Shown one piece after another: positions 49,591 through 63,491 of a stretch of 64,000 bases of DNA (position 1 is the first letter of the stretch; the number at the start of each line of letters is the position of its first letter). The notes under the pieces are model-generated. The model ran no database searches and was not told the DNA's origin. It was given only the letters and a program-made list of their open reading frames with translations. The position numbers were made by a program, and so were the translations under genes. The stretch comes from Callorhinchus milii (taxonomy: Eukaryota): assembly GCF_018977255.1 (NCBI RefSeq), contig NW_024704742.1, positions 63,428,001 through 63,492,000 of the forward strand, read 5' to 3'.

Positions 49591-52500
49591 GTGACATGTT
49601 CACAATGTTCTGTGTGAACATTGTGACCTCAGTTCTAACTCTCTTAGTTCTGATTTTAAGGTTTTGTGCTGAAAAATATATACTGTAATTATTATGTGCA
49701 AAGCCTTCATTCAGAGATAAGTTCAGTTTTAGTTTAGACACTGTTTGAATGATGTTCATTGCTTCACATTCTGAGAAACAATCAAAATAATCCTTGGATT
49801 TGATATCGCTTTTTATCACATTATTGAAGCTTCTCAAGTGCTTTCAAAGCGCAAAACGTACAGGGACTGTACATTTATAGGCAAACGCAGCAGCAGCAAG
49901 TTTGCACACAGAATGTTCTACAAACAGCCATGAAGTCAGTGACTAATTTTATTTGAGGGATTGTTGGCTAAGAAAGGTAGTGCTTTTTCTACACAAAAAA
50001 GACCATTTAGTTTATCATGTCTGTGCTGGCTCTTTTAAGAGCAATCATTTTAGTTCCATTTTCCACTCCTTTGCCCATATCTCTGTAGTTTGTTGGACAG
50101 GACCCCGGGAGAAACTCCCTTCTCTTTTTGAATAGTGCCATGTGATCATAACATCCCCCTGAGTAGGCAGGCAGATTGGGCCTCAGTTTAACATCTCATC
50201 CAAAGGATGACACCTCAAATACCGCATTGGACTGTCAACCTAAACTATGAGCTCAATGGCCCAATGTGGCCCATGACTTTCTGACCTGAAGGCGAGAGTG
50301 CTAAGGCCTGAGCCGGACCCCTGCCACCTCAGAGATACCAGGAATATGAATTATTCTGCAGAATACAAGATTTTTTTAATTCTGATAGTTGGAACAGTCA
50401 GAGATGCATTGAATTCATGATGAAAATAGAAATTAATAATGAAATGGCCATTTGGAAAGGATATTAATATTTGTCAGACAAAGGACCATATGGAATTTGT
50501 CCAAGATTGAGGGTAGATAGTATAGGAGCTGTAGCTGGAGTTTAACATGGCTAATTAAACATGACGGCTGTACCCAGATGAAGGGGAAACAGTTAATGTT
50601 CCAATTATTAAAAGTATCAGAATATGAGCCTCAGTAATAATAGCTCTTTGAGCTTGATATATATACCACACCACAGTTCAATCAATTTGAGTGTGCTCAC
50701 TAAGAATAAACACGATAACAACAACTTGCATTTATATAGTACCCTTCACACGAGCAGCGTCTTGGAGTGCTGAACAGTGTCATGGCTTGACACCAAGCTG
50801 GAAAGACAGGGGACGTGACCGAAGGCACAGTTGAAAAGGAAATTCTTCATCAGATGTGATTTGAAGATGGGAGAGGGGAGATGATGGAAGGATTGAGACA
50901 AAGAGTAGCAGAGGTTTGAAGCCTCATGGCTAAAAGGCTCCCCAGATGACTCAGTGAGTTTATTCAGTGCATGGCTAAGCCACAAAGATTTTATGCAGTA
51001 ATAATAGTACATAATAATCCTTGAAAGTACTAAAATGAGTCAATGGGTCGATTAACCTACTTCTGGTTAGATATTATCCTATTTAGTAGAAGCAAGTAAA
51101 CACAACAAGAACAACTTGCACGTATCAAAGAGTCCTCCATGTGGGGTAGCATCTCGGGCGTTCAGAACACAGTTGATTTCCCCATTTTCCACCAATCTTT
51201 TCAGCTAGATACTGTATATCATTAGGTTTATTTATGATGGTTAAAGGCTCACTTCTGGGCCTGTAAGTTCTGCAACCAGTTTACTTTCAATTGACAACAA
51301 TCATTATTTAATCCAATTTTTCTACCCACTAACCCTTCAGAAGAAGGAATTGCTCAGCTTTTAAATAGAACCATAGAAACATTGAATTCCATTTCGCTTC
51401 TGATCTTTCACCTTTGCTTGTTACCAGGGGATGTTTTCTGAGTCACACTGGGGCTTTGGAGCAATGTGATTTAGTGAGAACATTAACAAATAAACTGCCC
51501 GTCAGTGGATTAGTTGCCAGAGCTCAGAGTAAAGACGGACTGTAAAGCTATGTCAGAGGAGATAATTTTATCACTTACCTCCAAAGCAGGAAAAAAACAG
51601 CTGAAATATCTGAGAGTAAATGTAAACATGAAGCTGAAATTTCACCACCATCTGTTATATTCCTCTTGGGCTCTCTTGTCCCTCCTCTTTCCTTTGGAAT
51701 TCCTGGCAGACAGGATCCATGCACAACTCCCGTTGTCGCAAGATATATAAATAATAATAATTCTTACACTTGATATCAAGTCATAGAAACATTCTAATTT
51801 CAAGGTTCCCCATTTCTGGCTTCACCTACAAAATACTCAGTCAATTTACTTTACAGTATATGCTGCGAAGTGCTTTGAACTTTCTCAATGATGCAAAAGC
51901 GCTATATCAAATGCAAAGATTTTTACAAAACAATAACAAATTGCATTTCTAGACTGCCTTTCACATTGGGAGGAAGTCCTAAGGCACCATTATCGTTGTT
52001 ATAAGGTTCAATGATGTAGAGAGCTTTCTCTCAGTAAATTAGGGGGATGGGTTGACGTTCCCTGCACATGGAAAGACCTGGGAAAGGCTTGACAGGCCAA
52101 ATGGCTTGACTTTGTTCTGTATGTTCTTATTGTTCCTATGATCAGCAACATGATCTTTGTGACAATCTTTTGACATAAATTATATCTAATAATTGTCTGT
52201 CTTCTAGCAATTTCCAAAAATAAATCCTTTACAAAGAGAAATCTCAAATGAGATGTTCTTTTTTCATAGAATTAATTGATAAATGAATTGCTTTTAACAT
52301 GAGAATGTCAAGTCTTATTTTAAAAGCTGTATTCCCTCTTCTCCCTTTTCATTTTTTTTATTGAGGAAGATACTGAGACTCCATTTAGGCTTTAAATAAT
52401 GAGGGTTATGAATAATGTGGATGAGGTAGATTATTTAACAAGGTTAATGTCAAAAACGAGATGAAATGTACATCAAAATTCAAAAATTCGAGAATTGTGT

Positions 52501-53614
52501 TCCCTCTTAGACAAAAAGATAAACAGGATACACTCTTAGCAAAAACATTAAACACTGTCAATTCATTTCATTAGAATAATCTTTGCATTTGATATAGCAC
52601 ATTACCACATTGCCAATATGTAGCTAAGCATTTCACAGGATTTACTGTGGAGTGCAGTGTCTATGTGTTTGTAGCCGAAAAGGGCAACCAATTTGTACAT
52701 AATAATGTTCCACAAACAGCCATGAAGTGAGTGATCCAATCTAACTGGGAGATTGTTGGCCAGGACACCGGGAAAAACTCCCTTCTCTTTTCGAACAGTG
52801 TCATTGCACATTTAAAGTTCGTCTGAACATAGGCAGACAGGACCTCCAACACTATAATGCTCTTCCAAAACTATATTGGAATGTCAGCCTAGTTTACAAC
52901 CTTCTGAGTCACCAGATTACAAGATTAGTTCTGATGAAGAAAGCCCTTCGGTCCATTTGATCTCATGCTACTAGAATACCCAACCTATCCTCCTCTCATG
53001 ACAGCATCAAACTGTCTCAACCACTCTTCTTGGTAAAGACCAAAGTTGAGAGACAGTGGTATCAACTGAGCCAGGCTGCTATGCATTGATTAATATAGCA
53101 GTCACACAGGACATTGTTAAGAGAAAGATTGAGGGGTTTGAGGATATAGCTAGGCATAGATAATTAAATGCTCTGTAGGTCACCAGGTTATTACATTGCT
53201 GAAACAATGAATGAGCCATTGATGGAATACAGCTAGTCACAATGGAATAGTGTAGGTTATAAAATTAGATGAATGTGTACTGGAGTTTTCACTTCATTAC
53301 CTTTGATTATTCAGCATGAAAATAAATTCCCACGGTTTTATCTTACCGCAGCTTCCACTTCAGATGATTAGACATGAATTATGCTTCATTACCTCGAGTC
53401 TGCAACCTCCTCAACCATGCTAACCAAGCCATTCCCTTCGCTCAGCAAACACTGACCTGCTTCATGCTTCCCTCCTCTATCCACAGCACCATCGGCAGGA
53501 GGGCTTTCAGCCATTCAGATCCTGCTCTCTGGAACTCCATCCTTCTAATTTGCTCCCTCTCTCCTCCTGTTCAAGGTCAGTCTCACAACATACCTCCTTT
53601 GGTGAATAATAAGA

Positions 53615-54563
53615 ATAATAATCCTTGTATTTGATATAGCGCTTTATTACGTCTTCGAGAAGTCTCAAAGCGCTTCACAAAATATACTGTAAAGTGAATT
53701 GACTGTATATTTTGTGGGGTAAACACAGCAGCCAGTGTCTCACAAACAGTCATGGATTGAGTGACCAAATTAGTATATATTTTTTTAAATGGTTATTACT
53801 CCCAGAAAGCGATCGCCAATCGACTAACAACCGGGTTCCTACTTACGCTTCGTCTTATGCGGTGAACCTCAGGGCTCTGTTCTTGGTCCTCTCTTCTTCA
53901 ACATGTACATGCTGCCTCTTGGTGACATCATCCACAGACATGAAACCCTCATCCCCGCACTTATTATATCCAGTCTTAACTACGCCAACTCCCTGCTTGT
54001 TGGCCATCCCAACCTTTCCCTCCACAAGGTGCAGATCATCCAGAACTCTGCAGCTCATGTCTTCTCCTGCAACAGGCTCCGTGACCCGATCACCCCCATC
54101 CTCGCTCCACTATCTCCCCACTCCCCAGAGAGATTCCCCTATATCCTCATCCTCATCTTCAGACTCCTTCACGGCCTTCCTACCTCTGTGACCTGCTAAC
54201 TTCATATCAACCTGTCCAGTCCCTCTGCTCAGCAGGCTCCAGCCTGCTCCACATCCCCAGCCTGATGCACCCCATGATCGGCGGTTGAGCCATCAGCTTC
54301 TCTGCCCCCACCCTTTGAAACTCCATCCTACAGTCACTTTGTCTTGCTGCCTCCCTTGCCTCCTTCAAGGCCCATCTCAATATTCTCCTCTTCGACCTTG
54401 CCTTTGGTCACCCTCTTACATCTACCCTCACAGCCATCCACCCCTCCTGATCCCAACACCCTGCTTGGGTCCAAATCCCCGACTGTCCAACACCTTGGGA
54501 CCTCCTACCAACGTGAAAGGCGCTGTACAAATGTAATTTGTTGTTGTTGCTATTGTTATTGTT
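53615..54563. mobile_element. SINE 3' half (-, 53615-53845) followed by an internally deleted L2 fragment (+, ~53860-54563)
   Basis: SINE tail and body motifs; L2 [21 protein letters not shown] joined directly to [22 protein letters not shown] tail. Confidence 0.82.
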
Positions 54564-57282
54564 GTCTGATCCAAGCATGCTGCCAACTGAGACAGGCTGA
54601 CACCTCACAACACAAAAATATGTTCTTTTATCCACTCCCCTACTGGGTGCAGTGGAGGAGCAACATAGGTTGGATGGAACAGATGGGCTGGGCTCTTTCT
54701 CCACTGTAATTTTTATCAATCCTGCAAAATCTCTATATATAGTGGAAACATTTCATTTCAGCAGGATGGAGAGGTTTGTTTGCTGTAAAATGTTAATTTT
54801 CTGATCTGTAACATAGGCGGATGTGATTCAATGTTTAATTCACTTTGTAATCCATGGAAATCTTTACCCTGTGCTATATATGGTAATGTCAAACCCCTTA
54901 TCTAATGGTACTACAGTATCATAGATCATATTTAACTAGCCAGGTGTCAGCATAGCACTCTCGCCATTGAGATAGAAGCCTGTGGACTCAGGTCCCATGT
55001 TAGCACTCATAGTGGAGGCTGATATAGGATTATTATTAAAGCCAAGTGTTGTTATTATATCAAATGGGCTGTGTAAAAAGTGCTTGATGTTTATGTATCT
55101 AATCATGTGAGGGTTTTAACTGTATACCTGCCTTCTTTTTCCTGAGTTATAGACTTTTAAACACAATCTTGATCAGCCAGGGGAGTTAGGTGTATAAGGA
55201 AAGTAGCAGATTTAAGTAAATAGAGACATTACTTAAATTGGGGGGGAGGGGGGCAGGGTCAGCTGAGTGTCTGAACCATGAGGAACTCATCACCATGCTT
55301 GAGTATCCAAATCAAACTGAGAGTTCAGTGTATCGGATCTACGTGTGAAAATTCCCATGTATTGAAATGGAATGCAAATTGGCTCTCTCTGGAGGGAAAC
55401 ACCCTGCCTACCTAATTCTGGAAAGTATAAGCCATAGGTTGGCAAAAGCCAAGGATTGGGGACACAGAGTGTGTGTTGGGGTACTTCTGGAGTTTTACCA
55501 GCTAAAACCGCAAAGCTTGCTATTGAAAGCAAGTTTTCCCACTGCTTATCTGGCTAAGACCATACTATTAATTAGGGCTTCAGCTTGCAGGTTAATAGAG
55601 GGACTTAATTCTATATGCTTTGTCTTGGCGTAGAGGAAAAACAGGTATTCCACGCCCAGTATTTCATCTTGTCTTAGCCTTAAAAACATTGGCTTAAAAT
55701 GTACGATGATGAATTTTGGAAAATCCTTCAACTCAATCTCAATTAGGAAGCCAGACTTTTTGTAGTTCTTTAAAACATCTGCTGAAATGTTAAGAATTTT
55801 CAAATAAATCTGCATAATCGTAAACTTCAAGTTGGTGGTCTTAAGGCTGTGACCAGGTAAAATTCCAGGTCTTTGAATACAACAACAACAAATTACATTT
55901 GTATAGCACCTTTCAAGTCAGGAGGATGTTCCAAAATCAAGATCAACAAAATGACTTCTGCACAGATTGACTGGGAACAGGAGAAGTAATAACAATAATC
56001 CTTGCATTTGATAAAGCATCTTCCATGTTGGGAGGTTGTCTCAAGCACTTCATAGGATTTACTGTAAGGTACAGTGACTGTGTATTTTGTATGAAACTCA
56101 TATTGTCCATTCTGACACTCGATTACAGTGCCGTGGCTGTGCTGCAATGTTGAAGGTGTCGTTCTTCGGATGAGACGTTAACCGAGGTCCCGCGTGCCTG
56201 TTCAGGTGGAATTTACTACTTGAAAAGTGAAGGTGTCCTGATGTCCTGGCCAACAATCCCCCAAATAAAATTGGTCATTCAGTTAATATCTGTTTGTGAG
56301 ACATTGCTGTGTGCAAATTGGTGGCCACATTCACCCACAAAACACACAGTCACTACATTTTATATTATATCCTGTGAAGTGCTTCGAGATGTTCTCCTGA
56401 CGTAAAAGGTGCTACAAGGATTATTATGGTGAATTCTGTTAAGCGATTTGAGATGCCCTCCTGAAGAGAAATGCGCCTTATCAAATGCATCGATTATCGT
56501 AAGGATTCTTTTTATTATTATTTTGCAGGCAAATTGTTCACACCAACATCTCAGACAAATAAGAGACAAAAAAAATCAATATTTGTTCGACAAATTTTAC
56601 ATTAACCTTGATCACCCTATCATATCTATACCGGACGCAACCCACTTACCATTTGATAAAGGTACTGAGACAATAATTGTTTTTATTCTAGGATAGGAAA
56701 AATGATTAAAGTAGAATTTAGTACCTATCTTTGAGAGAAATAAGCTTTAATTAAATTCAAAAGCAGTGTTGCAATGTTGAAAGGCGCGTAAGATCCCTAC
56801 AGTAGGGTGAAACAGACAATGAACCCGGAGACCCTTTGCTCAGTGATCCCTGGCCTCTGTCATTACTGTAGGAAGTTGGTGGCTCTGTCAGCTCCTTGGG
56901 TCGTCCTCCCAACATAAAAGGTGCTTTACAAATGTAATTTATTGTTATTGTCGATGTTGTAGTGATGTCCCCCCTCATCATCAGTGGATGAGTTTTTAGC
57001 TATTCTGCTCACCTCTTCTGAACTCTATCCAGAGCCTCCCCGCCTCGCCAACTGTACCTCCCTACTTTTAGAGACCTCCTTAAGATTGACCTTTTTGACT
57101 ACACTTTCGGTCTCCTTCAGTCATCGTTGTGTACTCCCCCTCCCCTCTCCCGTATTCAGATGCTGAACCAACTGCATAAAGAACTCTTGACAGCCTCCTG
57201 ACTTGAAAGGTGCTATAGAAATGTAAATTAAATTGTATTGTAATTAAACTCAATACAGGCTGTCCCATAATAGATAGCAACG

Positions 57283-57460
57283 TGACGTAAATGCAGTGTT
57301 GGCATACATAGTCTTGTCCCCAGTCGGGTTATTATCAACTCTACTTGACGTCATCCCAGATGTCGTGTTTGGAGGATTTTAGCCATGTGCTGTGCTGTGA
57401 GCCAGACAGATCTCCTTCCTGCAGGCATAGGTTGTTAATGTTAGCACAGACAGGTGAGCA
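57283..57460 (+). promoter_or_regulatory. Candidate CRE-containing promoter and non-coding first exon of a downstream gene
   Basis: TGACGTAA (57283-57290) and a perfect TGACGTCA (57346-57353) in non-repetitive sequence, followed by the donor CAG|GTGAGC at 57454. Confidence 0.35.
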
Positions 57461-57809
57461 AACAACTATTCAACCAAACCGTATCAATCATCAGAACAAA
57501 TTATTTTGAGGCAGACTGTAGGTTTAGTCACAGGTAGGGACTTATCATTCCTCTCCCATTATTTTTGGTCACAAAAAAGCTGAAAGCTCAGCCCCACAAT
57601 AGAAATCACTGATGTGTGATTGCATTGTTAGCCTGAAGGAGCTTTCAGGTGTCATCTTGGCTCAGTTCGTGGCTCAGTTGGTCGCACTCTTGTATGTGAA
57701 TTAGAAGGTTGTGGGTTCAAGCACTACATCGGGATTTGAGCTCACAGCTTAGGCTTCAGAGCAGTACTGTGGATCTGTAGTGTGAGAGGTGCCTTACCTT
57801 GGATAATAA

Positions 57810-58265
57810 ACAACAACAACTTTATATAGCACCCTCCATGCCAGGCAGTGTCCCATGGCGCTTAACAATGGTGGAGCCTGATGCTGAGCCAGGGGGAGGG
57901 GGAAGGTGACCACAGGCCTTGAAGGTCTTGAGGCGCAACCTGAAAATGGGGAAAGAGGGAATGAGACAAAGGGATTGAGGGAGAGGGTTCCACAGCTTCG
58001 AGGCGTAGTGGCTGAAGGCGTGGCCGCCCATGGTGGAGCAGAGAATTCGAGAGACAAGGAGGAGGCAGAGCCAGTAGAGTGGAGGAAGCAGGTAGTGCTG
58101 TGAGGAGACAGGAGGTTGGAGAGATAGGGGGATGCCAAGGCGTGGAGGGATTAAACACAGTAGTGAGGATCTTGAAGTCGATTGTGACAAGGAGCTAGTA
58201 GACTTTGGCAAGGAATGGGGTAATCGGGATGCGGAGTTTAGTGCGGGTGAGAATGCAGGAGGCGG
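57810..58265 (-). mobile_element. L2 (subfamily A) 3' fragment inside a Deu-SINE
   Basis: PYLSNLL, GGHAFSHYASKLWN motifs; aacaacaac tail. Confidence 0.85.
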
Positions 58266-60702
58266 ATAATAAAGTGCATCTGTTCTGCAGATAAACATTA
58301 AGGATCCCCTGACTCTATTTAAAAGAAGAAAGCATCCTTGCAGTGTCCAGTCTGACAATCGTCTGGATAAATTGGTCATTCACTTCATGGTTGTCTGTGG
58401 GAACCTGCTGTGTGCAAATTAGCTGTGTTTGCCAACAAATACATGCTCACAACTTGACAGCAATTATCTTTGAAAACTGCAGGCATTGTTGCAATAATTA
58501 TTGAATGCAATAATTATTAAATGTCATATCAAATCCTATAATTCTTATTAAAGTATATATTTGAGGGCAATGAGGCAAATCCTTGTTCCCGGTATCATTC
58601 AGGTTCAAAGTAAATTGACAGACAAGTGTCATCGATCAATGGAAATCTCTATGGGGTGGAACATGTGCCCTTTAAGCTAAGGACTGAAGCATAAATATTT
58701 GAGGAAGAGAACCTCAGATGAAAGAAAAGAAAATTAATGCCTTTCACCCAAAAAAAATTGAAGCGCTTCGCAGAAAGAGATTAATGAGAAATAGAGTGAA
58801 TGTTGTTATGGATACAATGTACAGCTTTTCACCAGCAATGTCCTCCAAACAACAGTGAGACAAATAGCAAAATTATTTGAATTTTTGAGCTGAATTTTAT
58901 ATGAAGAAGGAAAATAAACCAAAACAACTGTGAGAGAATCTCATTTGTTCAACACACCAGCAGTGGGCAACTCATTCGCTTCATCTGAAAAACGAGGGAT
59001 ATGAGCCTTAAATTAATTACTCGATTTTAGCTGGGAAGGCGATCAGAAAACAAATAAATAATAATCTTGTGTATAATAACATAATAATCCTTGAGCTTGA
59101 GGGAGCATCTTTCACATTGGAAAGATATCTCAAAGGCCGTCACTGTAAAGTTGAATTACTATATTTTTGTAGGTGATTGCGACAGCCAATTTAAAGTGTA
59201 GTGACTTTGTATTTGTCAGCAAAATAGAGCCACATCACACAGTAAAGCCATGAAATGATTGACCATATTTGAGGGATTGTTGGCCAGGATACTGGGAGAA
59301 ACTCCCTTCTCTTTTCAACAACAACTTGTATTTATGCAGCGCCCATTACACGGCCGAGTGTCTCAGAGTGCTTAATAGTGCTAATAGTGCAAATAGTGCC
59401 ATAGGATCTTTAATATAACCCCACCACCGTGCAATACTCCAAGATGCTATCCTGTGTAAAGGGCACTATATAAATGCAAGTTGTTGTCACGTTGCATCAC
59501 TTCTTTTCTTCCGAGATTTCACATCTGGATTTAGATCCTTTAAATGTCAGAACCTCAAATGTAAACAACAAAAATAACTTGCACTTATATAGCGCCCTTA
59601 GCATGGGTTAGTGTCTCGGAGAGCTCAACAGTAGCAATTGACGTTGAGCGGGAGGGGGGGGGGGTGACCATGGCCACGGTCAAAAAAGAAGATTTTCAGG
59701 TGTGATCTAAAGAGGAGGAAGGAGACGGCAAGGTGAAGGGATTGAGGAAGACAGTCCCATAATTTGGGGGCTTAATGTCTGAAAGGTGGTCAAAAGTGGA
59801 GCATACAGTTAATAAAGCACATTCCAATCTTTAATGGTGACTTTAGCAGTAACAACAACTGGGTCATCATGCAGCTACAAAGGGTTCAGATGCACAATGT
59901 ATGTGATGAAGGACGGTATATAAAAAAAGCAATACTCTAAAGTGCTGCAGACGTACAACAGTTTTGTTTTGAAAATTGCCAGTCCAAATTGCCAGTGGGA
60001 TTTCCAAACTTAATCCCTCAATTTTGATCTAATCCAACCACGGAGCCATGTCATAGGAGTTGTGGAAGAGAGCTCTAAGTAGATAATCCCCAGAGAGTTT
60101 TATTGAAGAACCCGGAGTCTGATGCAGAAATAGAATTGCAGTATGAAGCTCACTCAGCCTCTCCTGATTCTGAGCTCTGCCTGACACTTTGTGCACATAC
60201 TATGCTATTGGATGCAATATTGTGCAATTAACTAGTAGTTGCTTGATTAACTACTATTGGCATTTAAACATAATGCATATTCCTTAAATATGCTGCAAAT
60301 ATCTCCTACACATACCCAGTCATAAAATTTCACAGTCGAATCCTGTGAAGCGCTTTGAGAATTCTAGACAATGTGATAAAGTAAGTTATACTATTATCAT
60401 TGCAAGGAACTAAATAAAGGATACGTGGTTTAAAAACCTGTGAGATCGAGAAGTCTTCCATTGGAGAGTAAAGAAGCCGAATTGTGCGTTTCTTTGCCAG
60501 ATACTGACCAAAAACTACCATTAAAACTGATGGTCTCTTCTGGCCTCCGCTCAGCTGACGTCAGGCAACTGCTTATCTCCTGATCCTCCTTGTAATCACA
60601 TTCAGTCACTATGCCTCGAATCTCTTGAACTTCCCCTCTCTATCTGTCGTTAAATCCCACCTAAAAAACCTTTCTCTTTGAGCTGCTGTCCTTTCTATAA
60701 GA

Positions 60703-61280
60703 CAACAACAACAACAACATCTTGGATTTCTATAGCACCCTCCACGCCGGACGCGTCTCAGAGCGCTTTACAGTAACGGATCCCGGAGCCGAGCCAGAGG
60801 GAGGGGAGGAAGGTGACCAAAGGTGCAGTCGAAAAGAAAGGTCTTCAGCAGAGACCTGAAAATGGGAAGGGAGGGAACGAGACGAAGGGAGTGAGGAAGG
60901 CAGTTCCAGAGCCTTGGGGCATAGTGACTGAAGGCACGGCCGCCGAGGGTGGAGCGGAGGACTCGGGGGACGAGGAGGAGGCCAGACCCGGAGGAACAAA
61001 GGCAATGGGTACTGTTTTGAGGAGAGAGGAGGTCAGAGAGGTAGGGGGGGTGCAGAGGAGTGCAGGGACTTGAATACAAGGGTAAGGATCTTAAAATCGA
61101 TCCTCTCTGGGATAGGCAGCCAGTGCAGTCTGGCACGGACTGGGGTAATCGGATGTGCGGTGTTTTGTACGGGTGAGAATGCGGGCGGCAGAGTTTCGAA
61201 TGATTTAGATTTTATGGTGGTGGATGGGAGACCGGTGAGGAGGGCATTAGAGTAGTCCAGCCGAGAGGTGACAAGGCATG
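60703..61280 (-). mobile_element. L2 (subfamily A) 3' fragment
   Basis: PYLSDLL, GGRAFSHYAPRLWN, LKTFLFD; (AAC)n tail. Confidence 0.87.
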
Positions 61281-62307
61281 GACCAGGGTTTATTAAAATG
61301 TCTCATCTTCCTGTTCAGATGAAGGTTAAAGATCCCAAGTCACTTTTCGAAAAGAGAAGGGAAGTTTCTCACAGTGTCCAGGCCAACAATCCCCCAAATT
61401 GTTCATTCATTGCATGGTTGTTTGTGGGATACTGCTGTGCACCAATTGGCTGCTGCGTTTACCTACAAAATACGCAGTGACTACACTTTATAGTAATTCC
61501 TGTGAAGCACTTGATATAAAACCATCTCGAAGTGACAAGGCGCTGCATCAAATGCAAGGATTAATAGTATTATTATGATAAATTATTTGTTAATCGTTTC
61601 CAGTGATGATTAAGAAATGGATTGCATTTAGCAATATTGTTTATGAAATGCAGTACGAAATGGACTGGTTAATTTATTCATTTGAGCTTCTGTTGTGTTC
61701 CGCCGTATCCATAAGGGAGCCTGTATAAGCAGGCTGAATCCTATTTTATTTTTTCAGCTGGGAATGGAAAACAATCTGCTGGCTGCCTGCTGACCTGGAT
61801 CTGGATAAACGACTTTGATTTCACCACAACCACATCCACTCCTTCATACAAACTTGGTAATGAACCGCGGGAGGGTCAGGCAGTGTCCTGAGAGCAAGAG
61901 TGTGCTCTGACCCCATGGGACTGCGCTAACACAGTCCCAATTTATTTATGTTTATTCAGGGGGTACAATAAATGCTTTCAATATGTCTTTGCTTCCTTTA
62001 TAGTCTCAAGGCCCCAGGAAACTTGTTTAGCAACAATAGAAATAATGGGAGTCAGGCAAGGCAGGCAGCTTCAAGCTCTTTCTTTCTTTAAGGGTTTGCA
62101 ATGAATAAAAGGTTCTTCATGCGTGTTGTTTTTCTTTCTCTCTTTTGTATTGATGTTATTTGTGAGATCTGAAATGCCTCATTCCTATACTGGTCCTGGG
62201 AGATAAGCCTCATTGCAGGCTGGCACCAGACCAGCTAGTAATCTCACTGACTATAATTGTACAACTATTGTACAACTTCAGTAAAAGTTCAAGTCTGACC
62301 ATCAAGT

Positions 62308-62862
62308 AACAACAACAAATTACATTTGAATAGCTCCTTTCACATCAGGACGACGTCCCAAGGCACTGGACAGTCAGGGATCCACACCCGTGGTTGGGAT
62401 CAGGAGGGCGGGGTGGGTAGGTGTAGGAGGGTGACTGAAGGCACGGTTGAAGAGGACGGTCTTGAGGCGGGTCTTGAAGGAGGCAAGGGAGGGGGTGAGG
62501 TGGAGGAACTGTGGAATGGAATTCCAGAGGGTGGGGGCAGAGAGGCTGAAGGCCTGCCCCCAATGGTGGGACGGGCAAGACAGGGGACGTAAAGCAGGCC
62601 GGAGCCCGCTGAGTGGAGGGAGCAGGCAGGTTGGTAGGGGGTTAGGAGGTCACAGAGGTAGGAGCGAAGCCGTGGAGGGCTTTGAACTTGAGCACCAGGA
62701 TCTTTAACTATCCTCTATGTGATGGGGAGCCAGTGGAGTCGAGTGAGGATGGAGTTGATAGGGTCGCACAGCCTGGTGCTGGAGAGGACACAGGCTACAG
62801 AGTTCTGGATGATTTGCAGTTTGTGGAGGGAAGAGTTGGGGAAGCCGACAAGCAGGGAGTCC
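62308..62862 (-). mobile_element. L2 (subfamily B) 3' fragment
   Basis: SLHKLQIIQNSVA, RLHWLPI; tail aacaacaacaaattacattt. Confidence 0.87.
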
Positions 62863-63274
62863 AACACACACTCTGGGGTCCTCAAGACTTGGCTCTTGTG
62901 AGGATGCACCAAATATTCTCCAGAATGAGATAAGCATGATGTGTCCTTCCAGGAAGAGATTGCACATTCCATTCCAATGCATCAGACACTGACAAATAAA
63001 TGGAATTAGTATATGCAGAAAATTTAAGTTGTATTCCATCATGCTGTAACCTGTTGACTGGATTGTGAAATGTAAAGGGTTTATTTTTGGGCAGCCAGGT
63101 ATCTGACATGCAGAAACCCATCACCGTACTTCACAGTGTCACAACCAGATTAAGAGTTCCCCATATGTAGGTGTCAGTCCGGCTCAGAGTCAGAAAGTTT
63201 TAGGTTCAAGCCCCACATCAGGCCTTGGAGCTCACATTCTAGGCTGACATTGCTTTGCTGGGGAAGTGCTGCAT

Positions 63275-63491
63275 CCCCCAGTCACTCCGCCTCGCCCCCT
63301 CCTTAGCCTCCTTCAAGTCCCACCTCAAAACCCTCCTCTTCGACCATGCCATCGGCCACCCCCCTTCCCCTCCCCTCCCTTCTCCCTCCCTGACCCCAGC
63401 TCGGGTCTGAACTGCTGTACGCTGTCCAGAGCCTTGGGATGTCCTCCCGACGTGAAAGGCGCTATACAAATGTAATCTTGTTGTTGTTGTT
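63275..63491 (+). mobile_element. Short L2 3' end inserted in a Deu-SINE
   Basis: FKSHLKTLLFD; tail GGCGCTATACAAATGTAATCTTGTTGTTGTTGTT. Confidence 0.82.

Noticed and set aside
60555..60564. Isolated CTGACGTCAG CRE palindrome
   Set aside because: It is a single motif next to decayed L2-like sequence, with no other promoter evidence.
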